The notes under the pieces were generated by a model that was not told the origin of the DNA, did no database searches, and saw nothing but the letters and a program-made list of their open reading frames with translations. A stretch of 64,000 nt of DNA, from assembly GCF_009914755.1 (NCBI RefSeq), contig NC_060925.1; one strand, written 5' to 3'. Each line of letters starts with the position of its first letter. Position 1 is the first letter of the stretch. Both the position numbers and the translations under genes were made by a program. The stretch is from the human T2T-CHM13v2.0 reference genome, Homo sapiens. This document shows, piece by piece, positions 54,676 to 64,000 of this stretch.

Positions 54676-57600
54676 GCATGGTCCTTGATTCTGCCCATCT
54701 CCATCCCTAACCACATCTACCTCATAAGACAGTGGGTCTCAATTCTTTTTCTTTTTTTCCGCGTAAGTACAAAGACTGTGCATAGATCCTGGGCTGTAGA
54801 GCACTCCAGGAACCCCCAGCCATGCAGCTTGGAGGGGCCTGGGGCCTGAGAGGCAGGGCGATCAGAGACACTGGAAGAAAAGCCAGCCAATGAAGAAAGG
54901 AAGGTAGTTCAGATGATTTTTTAAATTGCACACTAACTCCTCCAGAGGAAGAGAGAGTAGAGAGAGAAGCCTGGGGCTCAGGAAGAAGGAGAAGAAAGAG
55001 AAAAACCTCCCAACCAGCAGATGTATATATTTTCCCCCTGTTTATTTTTTTCTAAGTCCGGTTGCAGGAAAAAAAAGCCCAAGCTATAGTTACTAATATG
55101 TAAGACATGACCCAAATGCAGAAATCTTCCCTTCATCATAAACCAGGTAAGTATAATAATAAAAACAAAGCACTTAGAGGTTATGGGAAGAAAGTATTTC
55201 TGCTTTCAAAACTTTGATTGGAGAACTTTGTTTATTTGAAAAACAGAGCTTTTAAATTATACTTTGTTTATGACATTTGGTTTATTATACTTTCTTCCAC
55301 TTATGCTAGATTGTAGCCGGTCAGAGCCAGTGTCCCCAGCAATCCTAAGTAGCTAACCATGTTCACACTGAAAGCATTACACACCATGCATACACAGACA
55401 GACACACACGTACACACATGTACATATGTACACACACATACATCCAGCCATTCTTTGAAATCCAGCTCTTATCCCTCCACATCCTTTTTGAACACTTCCT
55501 GGGTTTTCAGCCTGTGTGATAATGAGAACCGTACCATGTTACTTGGTTGTTTATGAGCTAGTTACTTCTCTGGAACTATTATAGATTCTGAGCACCTTGA
55601 AGGCAAAAATCCCTTTGTACTCCCTGTCTCGCCTTTCTGTCTACTGCCCTCTACTCATCATAACACAGGTTGAGCACCTAGTGTGTAATGTAATCGCTTT
55701 GTAATTGTACAGACAATAATAGAGACATCACCACTAAGCTTTATCTTCCTCTGGTAGTAGGCAAACTCCATGACAAGATCTTTTACTACCTCTTTATTTA
55801 TTTATTTATTTAGTTTTACCACATGCATCTTTTTAAAGGCAGTCCTTTAGGATACTTCAAAGAAATCCCTGAGTACATTTTACAAAAGTTTGCTCCCTGC
55901 CCACCCTCACCCACCAATGCAACACAACTTAGCAAATGCAATTTCTCTCCAAGTATAAACACTCAGAGGGGACAAGGAGGGGATTCAGTTCTCCCTGCAG
56001 TCATCCTGCCTGGGGTGGAGATCTGGCCCTTGTGGCTTTCATGATGACCACCACCTGCAGCCTAACCATTTGGGGCACACAGGAGAGGGTGGCTCTTTCT
56101 TGGGGAGATCATTGTTCAAAAGCCCCTCTATACCGTTTGTCTCTGCCGTGTTGCCTGCCAGAAGCAATGTCTGATGCCTCCACTTGGCAGCCACAGGCTG
56201 TGAGGTCATCTTTTCACCACTCGCTGTTCCTTCAGCATTTAAGCTCTCTGGCAGTGACTCAATGTTTACAATCGCATTAACCTGTGAGGAACGCCGTGGC
56301 TGTGTCGAAGAACAAGGCCCCTGCTGGCACCAAGGTAACTGTGGACATGTTCTTGGGAAGAGGTGAGGGGAGGGGGCAGGGAGCCAGGCACAGTGTGGTG
56401 GGATACCTGTGTGTGGGGAGCTCTCTTCCGCTCTTGGCAGGACATCCAGTTCCCAAAGAAGGAGAATGACCCGTCATGCTCAGTCTAGTTTGTGCTGTTG
56501 CTTGGAGGAGAATGACCCATTGCTGTCTTGTTCACAGGCCAGAGTGAGCAAATCCCCCATGCAGCCAATACACATGCGTAAGGGAGGCACAACGACATCC
56601 ATGCAAAAGGAGCCTCTCGGGTAATGTTACCCTTTAGGGGCCCAAATAAAACATACATGCTGAAAATCAATCTCACTCCTAGAGTGGGAAAAAGCAAGAG
56701 AAAGTGCTTTCTGCTATGGAGGTGAAGACACACAGGAAGCATAGGCCTGAACAACTCAAAGGAGTCCTTCAAACTCCAGAGAATAGATGGTCGTCAGCAA
56801 AATGCTCTAACAGTTTCTAAATACAGTGAGCTCACAAATTTAATTCTCAACATGACTCAAATGTGCACACACAGGAGACACACTCTTTGTTTTGTCTGTA
56901 AAAATGATGGGTTCTTTCCTGAGGGTTCACTGACTGATTGGAGTGGGGGAATAATTTAGAGCCCCACCAATTTCAAGCCTAGTTGCATCTAATCATTTAT
57001 ACAGCCTCTTTAATGAATGTTTAGCCGTGGGCAAATGCTGGGCTTTCAGATAGCTCTGCCTTCTTCCTCCCTTCCAGGGAGGGAGGTGGTATCGTTAGAA
57101 CTGGTATCTAAGTAAATGATGCTACCTTCTGGGAGAGGGGAGGGCTATGGGTCCTCCAGCTTCTTTGGTTCCTAGACAACTCAGTGGTTGCCCACTCTGC
57201 TGCCATTTGTGCACATGCATTAGGCTGAAGTTACTCAGCCCCTGAGGACTGTTTTTAGGTCCTGACCATGATATATAGGAACCAAGGGTAGCAACCAGAA
57301 AGCTAAGCTTCAAGGCTTCCAGCGACCAGACCATCCAGTATGCCCAAGCTGACCTTGATGGAGCTGCACCCAGGGAAGGATGAATCTGCCTTCTCTCAGG
57401 GTGCATATAGGGAGCAAACCAAGAGTCTCACAATCTTAAACATTCTAGAGTGAAAGTTTAGTTCTGAAGAAGGTGAGAACTCAGAGTGACAATGTGATCA
57501 TCTAGTCCAGTGGTACTTCAATACAACTTAGCAGATACTTTACAAAAAATGAATTTGAAAGCCAGTATGCCAGACAGATAAAAGTAGGTCCCTTTCTACT

Positions 57601-58879
57601 TATTGAGACCCATAGGGAGGGACCAGAACTTTGCCCAATGTGAGCTCCAGGGCTTCACAGATATTTTTCTATGGAAATCACCAATCTTTTCCAAACTCAT
57701 CATTTCCTAGATGAAGAAGCTAGGACATAATTAATTGAAGTAAATTGTCACAGAAATTGCAAATGGGAGAGCCTAGACTCAAAATATTTCTCCAAACTTT
57801 CTACTACATTATACATTTCACATCCCCAAAAGTTTAACTTGATCATAAGGACTAGGTGCTGTTAATGTTCAATTTCAAACACACATTTTGATGCCCCCAA
57901 CGTCAATGGCTTCTACTGGCGAAAAACAATTTATTATCAGAAATAAGTCATTCTAACAACCATACTTAAGTGCATAAAGAGTGAAAAATTCTGACATGTT
58001 TCATTCTGACTAGTCTTTACTTAACAACTTTCTTATGTCTAGCCCTAATGATACATCCCGACAATGTCTCTAACATATAGTCATGTTAAAGTCACAGAAA
58101 CACAAGCAGGCATTGCCTACTCAGCACTGTCTACTCTTCTTTCTGTTTAGCTTTGGTCTATTCTAATGAATACACTATTAAGAAATAGATGAATAAACCT
58201 CAGTATGTTAGCGAACTGTTTTACATACTTGCTGAAGTAAAGCTTACTTGGGATTTATAGAACAGAGAAGCAAGTAAATGACTTTAGGCCATGATTAGAA
58301 TGCCCACAGAAAGAAAACAAGAAGAAACATATTTCAAGAAGGCACTGAAGATAAATGTATCAAGCACTTTGAGCCCCGTATCAAGGCAAGTGGCATTCAA
58401 ACCTTCAAAACCCTGGCCAGTGTGAATGAGTGGGACATTTATTGCATGGCTGATAACTTATAAACACACTTTGTTGCTACACAAGTTCAGGCAATTACTG
58501 GGCAATTATACCAGCAAGCCACCTAGTAATTAAAAAGATGGAGTCTTGGGTGGGCTGCCATTTGGGCAGCAGTGGCTTCTTTCTTACTTCATTGACATGA
58601 TCACATTCTCTTGAGAAGATCAAATGCCTTCAGAAGCCAGTAGATAGATGACCCACTTGTAAAGCAACTGAATTACAAGAAGGAAGACGGCTCTTATTCT
58701 GAAGTGGTTCAAAGCAGTTCTTCCTTAGTTAAGAGAAAGGCCATAAGTGACCAAGAAACCATGTCTGCAGATGCCTAAGCCCAGGGTGCACATGTGGGGT
58801 GAACATTTATGTGCCAAGTGTCTACCAAGTGCAAGGTATATGAGTAGTCTTGCAACAAACAAATGACCCTTACACGAGA

Positions 58880-59095
58880 TCTGTAAGGCTCTGGGCATGA
58901 GATTGAGTGTTTTACATACACCATCTCATTTAATCTTTACAACTAGGCTGTAAGGGAGGAATATATTATTATTATTTTAAAGACAAGGCTCTTTAAAGAA
59001 AAGCTAAATAACAAGAGCCCACCTTCTCTCTGCTAGTGAATGGTCAACTTGGGACTTTAACCCACATTTTCTAACTGCAGATTCTGCTTATCCGT
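58880..59095 (-). mobile_element. MIR
   Basis: 'atctcatttaatctttacaac...attattattatttta'. Confidence 0.65.
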
Positions 59096-60136
59096 TTTCA
59101 GTATTTCCTTTTTCTGGGAGGAGGGAAGATTGAAAAAAATTTAAAGATGTGATTCTAGCCTTCCAAGAGATGACTGAGAGTGAAATAACTCTGGAACAAT
59201 TGGAAGTAGATCATGAGCCAGGGCAAAGGAATATAATGTGGATTAAAGCACCAATCAAGAGTAGAGGGCTAAACACATGTGTTCTGAATGTACACAGTTA
59301 ATCCAGAAGGATGTCATAAATGGGTGTGAATTTTGAGTCAGGGTCTAAAAATTATGAATGACTATTTTTAACCTCATCTACCGCAAGTGTTTAATTATGT
59401 TGCTATACTTCCATCAGCCTACCTCTGTGACTATTGGACTGAGAGTTGAAAATATATTTTTCTTACCTTTGAAAATATGAAGTGTTGAAAATTGCTGACA
59501 GGTGTGATCATGTTTTGACTGAAAAACCAGCTGGTTTGGTTTGGGGCCTGATTTCAGGTGCTTGATAACTAAAGCCTTACTACATTTCTTTTCCTTATTA
59601 TTTCAGAGAGTACTGCCAAGCTGGGAGACAGTGCTGTTAACAGTTATCAAGTTCTGTATGAGCCTTACTAGTATGGAGACAAGTAAACCAGGCATAAATG
59701 GTAGACATTTGGACCAACTTTAACAACTAAAATATGTACTCATTTCTGGTCCTAGAAACAATTGCAAATAACAGGAATCCAGTTTCTATGAGTGTGAAGA
59801 ATCCTCAGGTTGGTTGAATGAGAAATTTCTTAACGTCAAGTACTAGAGTGGGTGATGAGATACAGAAGGAGGGCTACAGAAAGAGACCTGGTTTTACCTG
59901 TTACCAACAGGTTGGCTTTATCACTCTATCCTTTACTATTTGTCTTTACACAATTAAAATAATACAATGTATTTGAATGTGAAATGTATGCAAAAGCACT
60001 TTGTCATTTGAAAAAATTCTACAGTCATAAGATACTGTTATATTAATGCCCTAGGTCCTTGGTATACAATTCCAGGTCAGTGAAATTCACATACACTTGT
60101 AAAAGTTCAAATATGTTCTTACATATTTATAATTAC

Positions 60137-60497
60137 TGTCTTAGTCCATTTGGGCTGCTATAACAAAATACCATAAATTGGGTGGCTTATAAACAACAGA
60201 AAATTATTTCACTCAGTGCTAAAGGCTGGAAGTCCAAATTCAAGATGCTGGCAGAGTCAATGCCTGGTGAGCCCTGATTCCTCAGAGATGACGTCATCTT
60301 GCTATGTCTGCACATGGTGGAAGTAACAAGGGTCTCTCTGGGGTCTTTTTTTGGTAAGAGCACAATCCCATTCACAAGGGCTCTCCCCTCATGAGCTAAT
60401 TACTTCCTAAGGCTCCACTTCCTGATATCATCACCTTAGAAGTTAGTATTTTAACATATGAATCTGGAGGCGGGGCACAAACATTCAAACAACAGCA
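60137..60497 (-). mobile_element. MLT1A-type MaLR solo LTR
   Basis: 'tgtcttagtccatttgggctgctataacaaaataccataa...acatatgaat...aaacattcaaac..cagca'. Confidence 0.9.
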
Positions 60498-62319
60498 ATT
60501 TACTAATAACCATAATCCAGAAATAACATATTATTTAAAATAATGGATTAATATTGACAGTAAAAATATTTTTAAATCTCTATATAAATTTCTAATTGGT
60601 TATCATTGCTCTAGAAAATAATTGTTATTCACAACCGAAGAATCCAATTCAATGACCCTAAAAGCATGGTACTCAAAGAATCTAAGTCATGGAAATGTAT
60701 AAGTCTCACAATATTCTTTGTTTATATTTTCCCTCAGTGGAACTACTAACTTGGCTATGTGACATTGGTGAGTGGCTCGGTTGTTCTGCACGACTGGCAA
60801 CACACCTATAAAATACCCTAATCAGACAGTTCTTTGCCTCCCTCGGGACAGAATGAGAAAACATGAGATCTTATCTGTTGTTATGACCCTAGGGTGTCGC
60901 AGACAAAAGAGCTAGATAAGCCCACATTTCTGACATCTTTAAGGATAATGATAATGCTCAAAAATAAACATTTTTTCCCTCTATTTTTTTTTAAACAAAG
61001 TTATGTTCAATTTTCAGTTGGTAAGCCAGGTGCAGAATGCCAACTAACCCTTCCACCTCAAGTTGTTGTTGAAGGCTGCAGATCCAGGAAGTAGTACTGA
61101 TGAAACCTATTTTGTTTGGAAGCAGCAGTGTTAATACATCAATTTTGACTGACCTCCCTTGCTCTTCTTGGATTTCAGCCCCCATACCTGCTGTTTTATG
61201 AATTCCGTTCAACCCTAATTAACCAGAATATGAAAGCTGTGTCCTCAGTAGCCAGGCAGTGAGGGCAGTAATTTGACGTGGAACATGAGGCCCAACCTTC
61301 CAGGGTGGTAGCACAGAGTGATGACTGGATCTCAGACGTCCTGCCTACAATCAACCAGGTTTAGGAGCGGCATGCAGGCCATGTGGAATTGAGAGCCCCA
61401 GCAGACTGGGGCAGGGGGGAGTTGCCCAAACACACTTGTCAGGGTTTTCTGCCTTAGAAAGAAAAGCAAAGACCTATAGGAATGAAAGAGTAACCAACTG
61501 AAGGAGAGGTTACCCACAGCTGGTGAGGAGACCTGGGGGTGTGGCATCATGGAAGCTACTGAAGAGAAGGTTATTAACAATTTTCCTTACCTAAGATTTA
61601 GGAGAATTCTAAACAGAAAAAGTGGACCAATTTGATTTTGCCATGTTTTTAGTCTGCATTTCTTATTGTTTTCATCACCAGTTTATTTTTATAGCATAAC
61701 TCATATAAGAAATATCCAAGCCAAGTACAGAACTGAAAGTCCCAAGAGGAGAACACTGGGAGAGGAAGAGCTGAGAAAGCCAAATGCCAAGATTTTTATC
61801 TAGGGGGGTTCATGGCTCTGAGGACCCACATCCCCAGACAGAAGCCTCCAAGCTAAAGGGATGTGGAAGCTTTAGGAAAGTCTGGGGTGGAAGAAACTGC
61901 CAACCCTGTCCTGTAAACAGGTTTGCTGTACAGGTAAAAAAAAATCACAGCTGTGACAGGGACATACTAGTAGAGAAATGCTACTGTACTAAGAATCCAC
62001 CTCACTTTCTCTCCCCAGCCAGTCCAGCCAAGCATGCAGCAGGCATACAACCAAGATAGCTGCTTCTTCCTGTCCTACCTCATCCCCTCTGACAGTTCCA
62101 TAATAACCTGTGTACACTTTCTGGCACCCTTGCTTCTCCAGGTCACGCCTTCCAATGGAAGGGGAAGCAGTGACAAAGGTGAAAATCATGGCGGTAACAG
62201 AAGTCATTTACAGTGCGGAGTCTCCAACCCACAATCACTGGGCATCCCATGGCTTTAAGGTATGATCCATTCTTGTGCCCACCTGCTTCCAGGTATCTCA
62301 CAACTTTTTACTGAGGATT

Positions 62320-63130
<811 letters not shown>

Positions 63131-64000
63131 CCATGGGAAGTTTTCACTGGTGAAACCCATTTCTGCTCCACTGCCTATCTCAGTGATCATGAGCTGCATT
63201 AATGACTTCTGCTTGAGTTCCACTCCTGCAAAATTATAGCTGATGCAGGAGAGGGCTATTTCCCAACTAGGTTATAATTCAGGTAAAAGATTCACCAGAG
63301 TGTGGCCACACTCTCATCTTCTTAGAAATCTGTCTTCGGGATCTCAGGACAAGCTTTCTAGACTGGGTTAAATGGGTTAAATTCATAATTCATATGGCAC
63401 CAACCAGGGTCCCAACCAAAACCAGTCTTTCAGTCTGTTTGCTGAAAGCCATGTCAGGTCCTACACAGAGACAGCTTCAAGGTGAGTTGTCTTACATAGT
63501 GATTATCTGAGATTAGTGTCATCTTCTATCTTCTTCTTTCAAGGATCTGAGTCCCATTTTCATAGGCCTGATTTTTGGTCTCAAACTCTATGTTGTGGTC
63601 TCCCACAGAGTCTGTCAAACATGATGCCAGTTCTCCAGAGGTGAGTGTCCGGTGTAGACCTCCATGTACCCCACATTTTCACATTGCCTTGTCTCACTCT
63701 GTAACCATGTTGTGGGTTTCTGTAAGATAGATTTGCTTCTCATATATTCCTGTGCTTGCCAAGTATAACTTACGACATTTGAGGATCGTCATTAAATGTT
63801 AGTTGAATTTCTGCTTAGGAAAGGCAGAAACAAGACCCAAGGTCTCATCCAGGTGCTTGTGGTTCAGGATCATAGCTAGTCCTGCCATTCCACCAGGACA
63901 CAGAAGCCTCTCCTGCATCACCTCCTTGGACACTACATGTTCCCGAGGAGACAAGATGGGGTAAGGGCTGTTCAGCTTTGAAGCTTATGTTTATGACACA

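Noticed and set aside
61011-61026. 3-nt microexon 'ttttcag|TTG|gtaagc'
   Set aside because: Motif juxtaposition only, with no host gene identified; too weak to call

Overview
Primate (very likely human) intronic or intergenic DNA. It is AT-rich, CpG-depleted and has no CpG island. I found no supportable protein-coding exon: the ORF track consists of Alu, microsatellite, transposon-remnant or chance ORFs. Most of the window is a layered record of interspersed repeats, with family names recognised from memory of consensus sequences rather than from a database run. Retroelements: about a dozen Alu/FLAM copies (one reads identical to the AluY consensus, with a 16-bp TSD), old L1/HAL1-like, L2 and MIR fragments, and solo LTRs (MLT1A x2, MER50, MER4-family, LTR33, MER34-family, LTR16-family). 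DNA transposons: two near full-length dead copies (HSMAR2, Tigger1) and several MITEs (MER58A/B, MER1B, MER5, MER44A). There is also a full-length U6 retropseudogene and several microsatellites. I did not find a credible new biological system. The most interesting local oddities are an ~85-bp apparent templated insertion copied from an LTR ~780 bp away, a 19-bp hairpin abutting the U6 retrocopy, a possibly polymorphic young AluY, a 273-nt pure-purine tract grown from an Alu tail, and a few weak exon or enhancer candidates.
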